Shown piece by piece: positions 12,790-26,340 of a stretch of 64,000 nucleotides of DNA (the first letter of the stretch is position 1; each line of letters begins with the position of its first letter). The notes beneath the pieces were generated by a model that ran no database searches, was not told where the DNA came from, and worked only from the letters and a program-made list of their open reading frames with translations. The position numbers were made by a program, and so were the translations under genes. The DNA is from Chiloscyllium plagiosum (Eukaryota). The stretch is taken from NCBI RefSeq assembly GCF_004010195.1, contig NC_057718.1, positions 18,251,689 through 18,315,688 of the forward strand, read 5' to 3'.

Positions 12790-14800
12790 AGATGCAGGCA
12801 CCACTGGCTATGTCAGATATGATTGACCAATCTTGTTTGCCCTAGCGAAGTCCTTGGGGTGTCAGGGATACCATGAGTGAGACAATTTGAGAATTTTTTT
12901 CCCATGGCACTGAGAATGGTGAGTTCTGACTCAGATGGTATACGGATTTGAAGGAGAACTTGCAGATGGTGGTGTTCCTTTGCCCTTGTCATTCTAGCCA
13001 TTAGAGGTCTGGGTTTGGAAGGTGCTGTCAGTGGAGTCTTGGTGAGTTACTCTGGTACTTCTTACAGATACCACTGTTTATTGCTGGTGAAAGAAGTGGA
13101 TATTGAAGATGGTGAATGAAGTGCCAAACAGGCTACTTAGTGCTTTTACTTAAGCATTCTCAAAACTGTACCCATTCAGGAAAGTGGGAAGAATTCCATC
13201 ACACTCCTGAATTGTGCCCTGTTGGTGATGGAAAACTTTTGAGAGTCAGGGGTTCATAGTATTTTACATGGCTAGTCCATTTCAGTTTCTAGTCAATTGT
13301 AACCCCCAGGATGTTGAAAGGAGAGGCGATAGTCTGGTGGTATTGTCATGGACTGTTAATTCAGATACCCTAATATTGTTCTGAGGACCCAAGTTGAAAT
13401 CCTGCTTTGCCACATTGTGGAATTTGAATTCAATAAAATCAGGAATTAAGGGTGTAATGGTGACCATAAAACTTTTGTCATTGTTGGGAAAAAAAACCGT
13501 CTGGTTCACTAATGTCCCTTAGGGAAGGAAAGCGCCATCTTTACCTAGTCTGGCTCACAGGTGACTCCAGACCCACAGCATTATGGTTGACACTTAACTA
13601 CCCTCTGGATTACTAGGGATGTGTAAGGAATATGGGTCTAATCAGCGATACCCTCATTCCATGAATGAACAACAAAAAGTTTCAATGATGGTATTTCCAC
13701 TCAATATCAAGGTGAGATGGTTAGATTCTCTCAATTTGAGATGGTAATTTCCTGGCATTTGTGAGGTATACATGTTACTTGCCATTTGTCACCATGACTA
13801 GATGTTTTCCAGACCTTGCTGCATTTAAATGATCTGCTTCAGTATCTGAGGAATCGCAAGGGAATTGTGTAATCATCAGCAATCAGTCACACTCCTGATC
13901 ATAGGATGGAGGGAAATATGGTTTGACCATCTACCCTGAGGGCTTTTGTAGCTCTGTGGTAGTGTCCCTATTTCTGAGGCAGGAAGCCGGGGTTCAAATA
14001 TCGTGCCCCAGAATGTGTAATAAGTTGATTAGAAAGTATCCAGCCTCTGAGATGATTGATCTCCCAACAAATACAATCATTTTCCTTTGTGGTAGATGTG
14101 ACTCCAATCTGTGAAGTGTTCCCCTCTAATGCCCATTGACTCCAGTTTTGCTAAGGGTAACACTAATGTCAAACTCAGTCAAATGCCCAAATGATGCCAA
14201 GGGCTGTCACTCTCACACCATCTCTGGAATCCAGGTCTTTTGTCCATGTTTGAACCAAGGCTGTAATGAGGTCAGGAGCTGAGTGGTCCTGGCGGAACCC
14301 AAACTGGGCATCACAGAGCAGGTTATTGCTGAGCAGGGGCTGCTTGACTGTTGATGATATCTGCCATCATTTTGCTGATGATTGAGAGAAGACAATTAAC
14401 TAGGTTGGATTTTTCCTGCTTTTTTATGAACAGGACATACCTGGGGTATTTTCCATATTTCTGAGTAGATGCCAGTGTTATTATAGGACTGGAATAACCT
14501 TCCAATGGATTTGGCTAGTCCTGGAGCACAAGTCTTCAGAAATATTGATGGAATATTGGCTGGACCCTTACCTTTGTAGTGTCCAGTGCCTTTTCTTGGT
14601 ATCAAGTAGAGTGAAGTGAATTGGCTGAAAGCTTGTGTCTATGATGCTGGGGATGTTAGGAAGAGGTCGAGATTGATCATCTGCTCAGCACTTGCGTTCA
14701 AAATGGATTCACATGCTTCAGTTTCATGTTTGGCACTGATATACTGGGCTCCTCCATTATAGAGGGTGGGAATATTTGTGGATCTTCCAATTATTTGTCT
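12790..14800 (-). mobile_element. Old CR1-type LINE remnant (RT region to 3' end) interrupted by SINEs
   Basis: Minus-strand KGPANIPSIFLKTCAPGLAK..LFQSYNNTGIYSEIWKIPQVCPVHKK is a non-LTR RT N-terminal motif; heavily decayed. Confidence 0.75.
13320..13680 (+). mobile_element. tRNA-derived SINE (family not named) inserted in the old LINE
   Basis: Degenerate A/B-box-like head (tagtctggtgg...aagttgaaatcc), body ctggttcactaatgtcccttagggaaggaa, and an atgaatgaac/A-rich tail. Confidence 0.6.
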
Positions 14801-14949
14801 AATTATCCACAAACTTTCTTAACTCCAGAGTTTTTCCAGCAATTTCTGTTTTTGTTAGATCTGATGCATTGATGGTGGGATCACTGAGGCCTTTCGATAG
14901 CAGCAGCTGCTTTTGCTGGTTGGCATATGAATATGTAAAACTGCATATT

Positions 14950-17040
14950 GAATCGTAGAATTTTACAGTACAGAAGAAGGCCATTCGACCCATCATGTCT
15001 GTACCGACAGTTGAAAGACCCACCCAGCCAGGCCCATGCTCTAGCCCTATCTCAGTATCCCTCTATAGTCATCACTTGCAAATACTTATCCAGCTCTCTT
15101 TTGAAACCTCCTACTGAAACTGCCTCCACCACTCTCCCAGCCAGTGCATTCCAAATTCTAACAACTCTCTGAGTAAAAGAGTTTCTCCTCATCTCACTTC
15201 TAGCTTTCTTGCTGAAAGTCTTGAAATTGTGACCCCTAGTTGCTGACAGACCAACTAAAGACCAACGTCTTTACCCTGTCAAAATTGTTCATAATTCTGA
15301 ATGCTTCAATAAGGTCACCTCTTAATCTTCTCTGCTTAAAGGACAATAAGCCCAATTTCTCTAATCTTTCCTTTTATCTAAAATCCCTCATTTCTGCTAT
15401 CATTCTAGTAAATCTCCTTTGCATTATTTCCAGGGCTTTAACATCCTTCCTTAAGTTAGGTGCCCAGAACTGGACACAATACTCCAAATGTGGTCTGACC
15501 AATGATTTGTAGAGGTGTAGCATAATTTCCTTGCTTTTACACTCTATGCCTCTATTGATAAACCCAAGGATCCTATAAGCCTTCTTAACAACTGTTTCAG
15601 CTTTCCTGGCCACCCTCAGGGAATTATGCATTTGAACCCAGGGTCCCACTGCTCCTGTACTCCCCTCAAAGCTGTACCATTGAGACTGTACCTGTCTCTC
15701 TTTGTTTTTTTGATTTAAGATGCATTCCCTTATATTTCTCTGAATAGCAATTTATCTGTCAGATATTTGACCATTTGGCCAACTTGTCAATGCATCTCTG
15801 AAGTCACTCAGCATCACCCTCACAATTCACTATTCTCTCTCGCTTAATATCATCTGCGGATTCAAAGATTTTGCCCTAATATAAATTAGAAGAACTAACA
15901 CTGACCCTTAGTGAACACCACTTTCAATTTGTCTCCAGTCTGAGAAATGCCCATCTATACCTGTCTATCCATGCTGCCAAAGACCCACCAATACCAATAT
16001 TTCTAATTAACTAACCAATCTGCCATGTGACACCATATCAAATGCTTTGTCAAAGACCAATTATACAACATCCACAGCCTTAACTTAATTCACTGCCTGT
16101 AGATTATCTCATCAAAGAACTCAATTAAATTTGTCTGACATGGCCTTCCTTTGACAAAACCATGTTGACCTTGTAGTATTAACTTATTTTCCTCTACGTG
16201 TATATTTACCTTATCCCCAATTATGGCCTCCATCAGTTTTCCCACTATTGATGTCAAGTTGACTGGTTTGTAGTTTCCTGGATTACCATTTGCCCCTTTT
16301 TTAAACAATAGCATTACACGTGCAATCCTCCAGTAACCTGGGACTAAATCTGTGTTTCGAGAGGCCTGGAAAATTTCTGTAAATGACTCTGTGATTTGCT
16401 CACTTACCTCTCTCAGCAAGTTAGGCGGTATCCCGACCAGGTCCGGCAACTGCTCTACCTGGAGTGCTGCCGGATTTTTAACAGCTCTTCTTTATCTATA
16501 ACTATGCTGCTCAGGTGCTCAACACCCACATCTACAACTGGGGTATTGTCAGTATTTTCTCATTTGGTGAAGGTAGAAGCAAAATACTCATATAGTAGCT
16601 CTGCCATACCCTTTGCTTCAGTGAGCAGCATACCCTGCTTGTTCCTTATAGCCCCATTCTATCCTCCACTAATCTTTTACTGTACATATGCTTGAAGAAC
16701 ACTTTGCTACTTGTTTTAGTGCAGTCTGCCACTTTCAGAGAAGTATGCATTTGAACCAGAGGTTCTTCTGCTCCTATACTCCCTTCAAAGTTGCACCATG
16801 CTTCCTCTTAGCCTTCCTTATTCCAGCCTTAGCCCCTCTCCTACATATAAGATACACTTCCTGATTTCTATTGCTGTTACTACTTTAGTATGCATCATGT
16901 GCCTCCTTTTTATTTCTCATTTTCTCATCAATATCCTTAGTCATCCAGGGGAGCCTAGCTTTGATAGCTCATATTTCTTTCTCATGGGTATGTGCCTTAC
17001 TTGCACCCTACTCATCTCTCTTTTGAAAGTCTTCTTTAAC
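14950..17040 (-). mobile_element. CR1 LINE, 5'-truncated and decayed ORF2
   Basis: Minus ORFs WRIARVMLLFKKG..PGNYKPVNLTSIVGKLME..QHGFVKGRPCQTNLIEFFDE and AYRILGFINRGIE..LYKSLVRPHLEYCVQFWAP; CR1 tail near 14950. Confidence 0.92.
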
Positions 17041-20000
17041 ATCCACTGTTTTATCCACCAAAATGCAATTTCCAAACGGCTCCAGTTGAACTTTTAGACC
17101 TGTAATATCAGCTCCTTTCTGATCTTTCAGATCTAAATGTTGCTTAAATAGCTGTAATTCAGTGAAAACTTTACTTGATCCCCAATCCATGCTTAAATGT
17201 TTACCTTCCTTTTGTTTTGTTATAGTGGAACACAGGGCTAGTTTGGTCTCTTATTTTAATTAGTGTGTCATTCTGTCCTTTTATTTATCCTTCTTTTGAT
17301 TATTTATTGCCTTATTTTTCAGTGTTGTAGACACTTTAACAAGCATTGATGGTTGTGGAAATGTGTCCTTAACAAATGAAGACTTGTAGTGATAGATTCC
17401 ACTTACTGGAGGGATTTCATGCTAAACACAGAGTGATGCATTGATGTCGAACTGGTAAAAAAAAATCAGAGACAACCAACCCCTACTTTTAGGTAAGCTT
17501 CTCCACTTCAGAAAACCATTATATATTTTTGGAACAAGCCTTTATTTTTGAATGAGAGGGCTCTAGGTTTGAACTAACAGTAGCTTTTCAATGCCAATTT
17601 CAGTTTTAGGTCCATTAGAAACTTGGTTACTGTTATAGGTCAATTTTAAATAGGGCAATGTGCTGACATGAGAACTAACATTGAGTCACATTGTACTGGA
17701 AGATTGATTGGTGGGTTCATTACAGCTCTAGGTACGTTTATAAAGATAATCACAGGCATTGCAGTGTCTGGGCTTGTACTGAACAATATGCTTAGAAAAT
17801 GTAGCATACTTCCCTCAGTCTGTTGTACTGCAAGTGGAGCCATTTATCCCATGAGGTCACATGTTATGACTCAGCAATGATATCATGAGAACATTCCTTA
17901 CAGGTATATAACATATTACCTATGAGACAATGCAATGTTAAATGACTCAAAGAATATAAACAATCCACTTTCTGACGTTCCTCAGAACACTATGAATAAA
18001 CTGAGAGCAAATAAGTGCCAACTTCAATTTTACAAGTTGTAGTAGTTGCCAATTATCTAGCAAACTTAAGGAAACATTGAGTGAAATACTTTATTTCTTA
18101 AGATTGGATTCCAAATGGATAGAGAAGCTGCCATAAATTTCACAGAATTCCCCAGAACTAGCTGATAAAAAACGATTTCTCATCTAAGCCGACCAAAATT
18201 CTTAAAGATATTACACTGAATAGGGACAGGAATGTAAGCCAGGATACCCTCGTTCCTAATGTTGTGCCAGAGGTGCTGTCTCAACAAAGTGTATGGGTGA
18301 ACGCAGGAACAAGGTGCTGAGCTGGATGATCAGCCATGATCATATTGAATGGTGGAGTGGGGTCAAAGGGACAGGTGGCTTACTCCTGCTCCTGTTTGCA
18401 ATGTTTTTATGGATCATGGTTTCTGTACATCAAACAGTGTTCCCAATTAATTCACCTTTGTATTAATCTATACTAAGACAAATAATGATCTAGTTTAAAC
18501 CTATTATTTCATTTGCTCTCTTCACATTTAGTGCCCACCCCATTGCCATGTAGAAGGCAGTGGTCAGCAGCCTTTTTTGAACCACTGTAGACCATGAGGG
18601 TTGGGTTACACCCACCATACTGTTCCCTGATTTTGACCAGTAACACTGAGGGAATGGCAAGATGGTTCCAAGTCAGACTGGTGTGCGGCTTGGAGGGGAA
18701 CTTGCAGGTGCATCAGCTGTTCTCGTCCTTCCTGACGATGAAGGGATCATGGTTTTCCAAAGCGCTGCCGAAAAGAATTACAGGATTGGAACAGGCCATT
18801 CAATCCATCCATTCTATACTACTCTGCACAGACCTCACCATCGAACCGCATCAGCATTACCCTCTGTTCCTTTCTCTTTCATGTCTTTGGCTGTTGCCCT
18901 TGACTGCTGTCAATATGAGCAAAATATCAGACATGATTAACGCTTCAGGGAGAGCCAGCTGGTTTAATTCCATCATATCTGTCTGACGTGATCATTACCC
19001 CTGTGGTTTGGCTGATAATGTCATAGAGGTTACCTTTTCCAATCTCCTTCCCTGTGGGAGGACTGCATGAACAGGTTAAACACCGAACCTTGCAATATTT
19101 ATTTTTTGAGATGCTTTTTGATATTGGAGCTTGCTGACTTTACTTGCGATACTGATAAGAATTGAGTACCTTGCTAAATGTCACCCATATTCGATATGCA
19201 GATTGACTGGATTTCAATGACATTCCTCTTTGTTACACGGAGGCATTGCTGCCAAAGACCCTTACAGTGAATGTCTAATGAATATTTCTGCCAACATCTG
19301 TTTGCAGACACAAAGCCCTGCAGGGAGATTCAATAAGGATGAAAATATTAAATGGTAAAGACGTATTAAGCCCAGGATATTACTTAAAATTAAACTATGA
19401 GGGAGGGTCCAATTAGATATAAATTTGGATTTGTGAGGAATAGTTTCAAAATAAATATTAATATCACTCAGTGAGTGATAATAATCTGCCAGGCATAATG
19501 ATAGAGGCAGGAACATTTAAAATACAGCAGGCTGCCACACAGCTGGAGTTTTGGAATACCAGAGAACTATTCTCCCATGATGGCTTAATCGATCCCCCTT
19601 ACAGTTATGATGAAGCGGCATGTCTGAATGGCTGGTTTATAAAAAACACCATATCAACAGAAACCCCAGGAGTCTCGTGATGGTTTTGTCGCTAGTTACT
19701 GCAGCAAAGGATATGAGTATGATTTCTCCAAAGAAGCACTGCAGAAATTGGAGATTCGAATTCCTAATTGAATTGGAGATCCCCCGCACTGATCAAAAAC
19801 TTCAAGAAAGATATCTGGGCAAGAGAAAGCCATTCCAGTCACTCCTTTGTTGGAAGATGGACATAATCTTCCAAAGGGGTAAAGCCATTCTATCAGTCCA
19901 ACAGTTCCATGCAATGACACAATTACACTGTAGTGCCAGAGTGTAGATTCATCTTGGATTCAAAATCTTTTGTTGGGTACCAATATGTGCCTATCTCTGT

Positions 20001-20349
20001 ATAGCTTCCATTCATGAGACTGAAACTACTGGTGAGTACATAAAATATTTGCAAAATACTTAAAGAACAAGTGTTTTTATATACATGTTGATCTATGATA
20101 ATGTATTAAATATTGTTATGTCACTTTCTTGCTGTTTTGTTTTTGAGATGTCTAGGTCTATGTTAATTATCAAGTGTTAAAGTAGGGATGCGTCGGAAGT
20201 TAGTTCAGGATGGCCTGGCTTAGGGCAACTGAAGGCACATTTGAAAATGGTGGAGCAATTCAAACTGGGCAAGATGGCAGAATTGCAGGGATGCAATGAT
20301 CTTGGAGAGTTGTGAGGCTCACATGTTAATTATTCATTTTGAGACAAAG

Positions 20350-21098
20350 GATGTGAGCATAAGAGGTACAGTTAGTAAGTTTGCAGATGACACCAAAATT
20401 GGAGGTGTAGTGGACAGTGAAGAGTTATCTCAGATCAACAGGATCTGGACCAGATGAGCCAATGGGCTGAGAAGTGGCAGATGGAGTTTAATTTAGATAA
20501 ATGCGAGGTGCTGCACTTTGGGAAAGCAAATCTTAGCAGGACTTATACACTTAATGGTAAGGTGCTAGGGAGAGTTGCTGAACAAAGAGACCTTGGAGTG
20601 CAGGTTCATAGCTCCTTGAAAGTGGAATCGCAGGTAGATAGGATAGTGAAGAAGGTGTTTGGTATGCTTTCCTTTATTGGTCAGAGTATTGAGTACAGGA
20701 GTTGGGAGGTCATGTTGCAGCTATGCAGGACATTGGTTAGGCCAATGGAATATTGCGTGCAATTCTGGTCTCCTTCCTATCGGAAAGATGTTGTGAAACT
20801 TGAAAGGGTTCAGAAAAGATTTACAAGGATGTTGCCAGGTTTGGAGGATCTGTGCTGCAGGGAGAGGCTGAACAGGCTGAGACTGTTTTCCCTGGAGCGT
20901 CGGAGGGAGGATGTGGTGGAGGCTGGTACAATTGCAACATTTAAGAGGCATTTGGATGGGTATATGAATAGGAAGGGTTTGGAGGGATTTGGACCGGGTG
21001 CTGGCAGGTGGGACTAGATTGGGTTGGGATATCTGGTCGGCATGGACGGGTTGGACCGAAGGGTCTGTTTCCATGCTGTACATCTCTATGACTCTATG
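20350..21098 (+). mobile_element. CR1 LINE 3' fragment with an internal deletion at ~20905
   Basis: KFADDTK, WAEKWQMEFNLDKCEVLHFG and EYCVQFWSP motifs; CTCTATGACTCTATG tail; RRR joins directly to EDVVEAG, skipping the RGDLIEVYK..RGH segment. Confidence 0.95.
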
Positions 21099-22804
21099 TG
21101 TGAATTGGATTGTAAGTTTCTGTCATAAGCAGTTAGAAAAATGCCAGCATGGATTGTGATGACAACCAACTCTGTTCCATAAGTTTAACCTGTCTGTTAC
21201 GCTTGTGATATTTTCTTGTGCTGATCAAAAAAAGAATATTACCAGTGAGGTCAGAAATTTTGGCTATCACATAAAATTGCCTATTAATCATAAATGACAT
21301 TTCTCAGAAGTAATATTCGGAAGACACTTGTTTTATTTTATCAATGTTAGCTATGCCAAGGTCAGGATGAGAGTCAACGATAAGTATCAAATAGTTGCTA
21401 GACATCCAGCAGATATTTCTCATGCTAAATGTCAAATACCCAGTAACACTTCTTTGCAGAAACAAAATTATTGAGAATTAAAGAGAATGGTGGCTGTGAC
21501 ATTCAGATTTGGGCTTGAATTAAGCAAAGTTTATCCAGCACTGCAATTAAACTCTGTTCGATCTTTCTTGTATTTATCCAACAACAGGGTACCTTTAGGT
21601 GTTTGCTGATCATTGGACAGCTCAACTTGATTTGTGTGGTGGTGTTGGTGGGGTTTTGAAGTTTGTACTTTATTTTATTATGAGGCGAGCTGCCAGCATT
21701 AAACAAAGCTTGATAATTGGGGAACAGGAAATCTGACTACTCATCTGTGACACGTACAGAAAGATTCCTTTCGAAGGAGGAGGGGCTATCTGAGGGCAGC
21801 TGGATGACCGTGGCAGGTACGAAGGCAACCAATAGGAGTGCTCATGGTTTTACAGTCACAGAGAGAAATTGTTTCTTTTTGGAGGCAATCTAGAGTGGGT
21901 CCTTAAAGACACAGTGGTTTAAAGCTCAGTTTCAAAGGGTATATATTCAACCTGGTCAGTATACAAAATTACATGGAGCTCATTAATGTGTACTTGGAAC
22001 CCTGTTAATTAGGTAACAGGGTTGGTAGTTATCATCAGCTATTCCAAGCCCTGCTTAACAATCAAATTAAAGCTCATTTAGATGTTTATAAACACGTGCA
22101 TGTTCCTGCTTACCTAGTCGTACTGATAAATAGGATGGGTGTGGGACAAAAAGAACTTTTTAATGGGACCCAGCAATTGCACATTACTTAGTACAGAACT
22201 GCAGGTTTCAAAAAAAACTCATTATCCTTTGACTTAGCATCAGCAATACCCTGGCAGATTTCCAGGTAAATATTAATAACAAGTAAAATCCAATATTTCA
22301 AGTCATCTCTTAGCACGCCAGCTCACTCAGCCTACCACTCAAATACAGTTTCAACACCAATATTTTATTTTTAATTCCCTCTTGGGATGTGAGAGCCTCT
22401 GGCTAGGACAACATTTATTGCCCAATCCTAATTGCCCAGAGGGCAGTAAGAGTCAACCAAGGTCCATCCTCAGCGCTTCCCAGGAACTTGTCATTCATCA
22501 TGTATTCTGTTGCCTTGTTTGTCCTGTTCAAATGCATCACCTCCCACATTATCCAGACTGAATTCCATTTGCCATTGAATAGCCCATCTGACCAGGCTGT
22601 CTATATCCTGTAATCTCAGGATATCCTCCTCATTATTTTTGCATCGTAATGGATTACTTTTCATCAATACTATATCACCAGCTAAACACGTTTACTTTAA
22701 TGTGCTTCTGGAAAATGTAACATAGAAGTCAGATGTTCTTGAAAGTCTTTAATTAAAGAAGTCAGATTCCTCTATCTTTTGCTTAGGCAGCCCCTCAGGA
22801 TTGA

Positions 22805-23735
22805 CTGGAAGAACACAGCAAGCCAGGCAGCATCAGGAGGTGGAGAAGTCAAAGTCTCGGGTTTGTTACGACTCGGAATAAATCCCTTGTTAATTTAAAC
22901 CCGACACACAGAGAAGCTCACCCTGTGCCATAATCTGTTAAATATCGAGAAGCAGAGAACTATCCCAGAGGTCACTATTGAAAGTAAAAATCAACAATTT
23001 CATTCTTTAAGTCCAAAAGAGAACATTAATCAATTATTTCCAACTCCTTTCTCTTAAACCTATCTTTTACATCCCACTCTACAATACTAGTCCGATAAAA
23101 AACACTGATTAAGATTTACAAAAAGAGTAATCATGTTTCAAAGCCAGTCAGCTTTGTCGATTCTCCTTTGTAGCTTTGACCCTGTAGATTTTTCTCTGCA
23201 TCAACTTCAGTGTTCTGCTGCACAAATTTCTTATGGACAGGTACCTTTCAGAGAGCTATTCGGTTAGCAGTCCATACTTGTTGGTGTTCTTGGCAGTTCT
23301 CCCCCTAACTGTTTATACCCCAAAACATTGGATTATTTTAAAATGTTTGATGTCATCAAAACACTAAATTCAAATTCGATTGGATTTTGGTATTTGGGGC
23401 ATAATTTAAACTGATTGGCTGAATTTGAATTTATATTTGTTCCCTGGCAATACAATTCCAGCAATTTGTTTTAACCAAGTGCTACATTTTTATCTTGTTC
23501 AGGACACTCTGTACTTTCAGTCAGTCATTGCCAGCTTCCTCTCTCTCTTAAAGGTATAGTACACCTCTACACCTTCAGAACAGGTATAACCCTTCTTCAG
23601 GACTGTGGGTGGGTGTTAGGGGAGCTGCAGATAAAGGGGGTCGTGGGGGCAGGGTGATGAGGTGGGGATAGGTGAACACAGGTAGAGGGTACAATCTGGT
23701 TGGTCGATGGAAAGAATGAATCTGGTTGGTAGCTA
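22805..23735 (-). mobile_element. Penelope-like element terminus split by a solo LTR
   Basis: ctggaagaacacagcaagccaggcagcatcaggagg...gtctcgggt at 22805-22863 resumes as ataacccttcttcagga at 23586; resembles the reverse complement of the PLE end at 55560-55705. Confidence 0.8.
22864..23582 (-). mobile_element. Solo LTR (719 bp)
   Basis: TGTT...AACA termini, 4-bp TSD GGTT/GGTA, and flanks that rejoin into a contiguous PLE terminus; no internal coding region. Confidence 0.8.
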
Positions 23736-23769
23736 GACCTCTGGACTAGTTTGCCATTTCAAATCTTAT

Positions 23770-24780
23770 TGAAACAATGTGTGACCTGCAGACTCTGCCA
23801 GGTAGACTGCCACCTGCAGACTCTGTGAGGGGTTTGGATGCATGTGGTGCTTGAAAACGTGGGTTAGAGGGGTTATTTGGTTTGTGTGTTCCCTCCTGTA
23901 TCTCAGACTTCACCTCTGCATGGCCTGGATGAAGTCTCTCAATGTGTTCTGTGCCTCCCTAGATAAACCTTGTAGAGGCTCCCAACCCATAAAAAGTATG
24001 GTTGATGGTTTCAGAAATGTCATGAGAGTATCTCTACAGCTCTCTCATTGTCCTTCTGGGATTGTCCGGTCTCAATCGAGTTCCCATGGAACAGTTGGTT
24101 CATGAGTCAATCCAAACAGTATTTCCTGCCCAGTAGAGTTAGTCTTGATGAGAACTTTGGTTCTAGGTAATTTGGCTTGGAAAAGGATTCTGCTTTTTGA
24201 CTGTTTCACTTGCAACTAGATTTGGAGGATCTTATGAACATATGAGCAGATGAACAAGGAACAAGAGAAGATCATTCAGCCCATCGAGCTGGCTCTGCCA
24301 TTCAATAAACTCATGGCTGATCTGATTTCAGTCTCAGCTCTGCATACCTATATATCCCCGATAATCTTTAATCCCCAAGAATTGATCTCCTCCTCCTTAA
24401 AAATATTTAAAGATTCTGCATCGACTACTTTTTGAGGAAAGGATTTCCAAAGGCACACAATCATCATAAGAAAAAAAAGTTTCCTCATCTTGTTTTAAAT
24501 GGACAGCCCTTTATTTTTGATCTATAGACCCCAAATTCTAGATTGTCCCTCAAGCAGAAACATCCTTTTCACATTTACCCGATCAAGGACCCCCAGGATC
24601 TTGAAGGCACCACTAATGATTCTTCTTTGATTTGAAGAGCCTGCTATAGGTTGTCCAATTCTCTGAAGCACAAAGGAGCATACAAGTCTCCACTGCCCAG
24701 TAAATCAGGTCTTTAGTCTTAGTTTGGGATGCTGATCCTCAAATACTCTTTTCGTCAGTTGGCTGAAGGCTGAGCTGAGA
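23770..24780 (-). mobile_element. RTE-clade LINE remnant interrupted by a CR1 3' fragment (~24236-24605)
   Basis: Minus-strand HHHLQCLSSAFSQLTKRVFEDQ and KILQI resemble the RTE ORF C-terminal region (HRLQCASAAFGRLRKRVF; KILQIQWQD); many stops. Confidence 0.7.
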
Positions 24781-24879
24781 CATTGGAGATGGTGATGAAT
24801 TGCTGGTGACTATGAGTCCTTTGTCAGAAGATGCCTCAAAGGGGTCATCTACTTCATCTTGCATTTGTAGAACACTCTG

Positions 24880-26340
24880 AATATAGTAAAACCAAAAGAA
24901 TGTCACTCTAGCATGATCAAACAAAGGAGGCAAAAGAGGAGTCATGAGGTAAGGTGTCTGAAAGCTTGATTAAAGAGATAGTTTTTGAGGAACATTTTAA
25001 AAGGTGAGAGACAGACTCATTTAAGGAGGGATTACTAGAACTAATGGTAGAGACAAGTAGTTAGGGATGCCAAAGTAGATTAGATTACCTACAGTGTGGA
25101 AACAGGCCCTTCGGCCCAACTAGTCCACACCGACCCTCCGAAGAGTAACCCACCCAAACCCATTTCCCTCTGACTGATGCACCTAACACTATGGACAATT
25201 TAGCATGGCCAATTCACCTGACCTGCACATCTTTGGACTGTGGGAGGAAACCGGAGCAGACACAGGGAGAATGTGCAAACTCCACACAGACAGCCGCCCG
25301 TGGCTGGAATCGAACTTGGGACCCTAGTGCTGTGAGGCAGCAGTGCTAACCACTGAGCCACTGTGCTGCCCTCATTTTTTATCTGCAATCACCGAAGATC
25401 TCAGTAGTTGTAACTTCACTGCTGCTGTCTGTGACTTTCTTGTTTAACTGACTCCCCATTCGTGCTTTACTCAGGCCTATGCACTTCCTAAATTACGATA
25501 CCAATGTTTGCAAGTAAGCGGTCGATCTCTTGGCGCCAAATCTTTCCCATCCCCAAACGACAAGCCATACGAACACTGAGACAGACAGGGAGATTAGCGG
25601 GAATTTATAATCCAATATCACAATGTGATGTTAAAATTATATTCCACATAATCTGTCATTATACAGGATATCTCATTAGTTATGACTTCACTGCCACCGT
25701 CAATATTGTTTGTAACTCATTCCCTATTTACTTCCTAGTTTTATAATGAGAATATTAATGTACACCATCATTTCCTGCTCTCTCTGGATGATTTAGTGGC
25801 TCTGAAAAGTAGTCAGAACTGGAGGGACTTAGAGCTTTTGGAGGTTTGTGGTACTGAAAGATGTTACAGAAATGGAAAAGGACGAGATTGAAAATTTTAA
25901 AATTATAGGAGTAATAGAACAGGAGCAAATGAATGTCAACGATTATTATTAGGGTAATGGATGAACTGGCTTAGTGATATTTAGCACAAGAATTGGGAAG
26001 AGCTGAAGTTTATGGAGGAAGTGGGATGAGAAGCTGGTGATGAGAATAGTGGAGTAGTTCAGTCTTGAGGTAACTGAAACATGAGTGAGGACTTCAGCAG
26101 CAAGAGGGGGTTGAGGGACAAACTGAGGTGGGAATATTAGAGAGGTAATCACTCATGATCTTAACAACAGGAAGAACAACAGTTCAAGAATTTAGCACAA
26201 ATGAGATGCAGATAGTCTAATTCAGCCTGGAATACTGGCTGGTGGAGGGGAGGTGGCAGGGTAAGGGTGGAGGGGGTTGCTGGTGGTTGCAGGATGGAAA
26301 ACTATAGCTTTCATCTTTAATGGGAAACCACTTCAAGACA
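24880..26340 (-). mobile_element. L2-clade LINE remnant, fragmented by a SINE and a ~430-bp unrelated segment
   Basis: ORF 25949-26152 AAEVLTHVSVTSRLNYSTILITSFSSHFLHKLQL matches the L2 motif AETLIHAFVTSRLDYSNALL..LHKLQL. Confidence 0.75.
25077..25370 (-). mobile_element. HE1-type V-SINE
   Basis: Reverse complement has A box TGGCTCAGTGG, B-box-like AGTTCGATTCC, V-domain GTGGAGTTTGCACATTCTCCC, a CR1-like tail and an (ATCTA)n end. Confidence 0.9.

Noticed and set aside
19600..20037. Coding-looking stretch ending in a G/GTGAGT donor at 20032
   Set aside because: Stops occur in all plus frames, there is no clear acceptor, and I recognise no protein motif.
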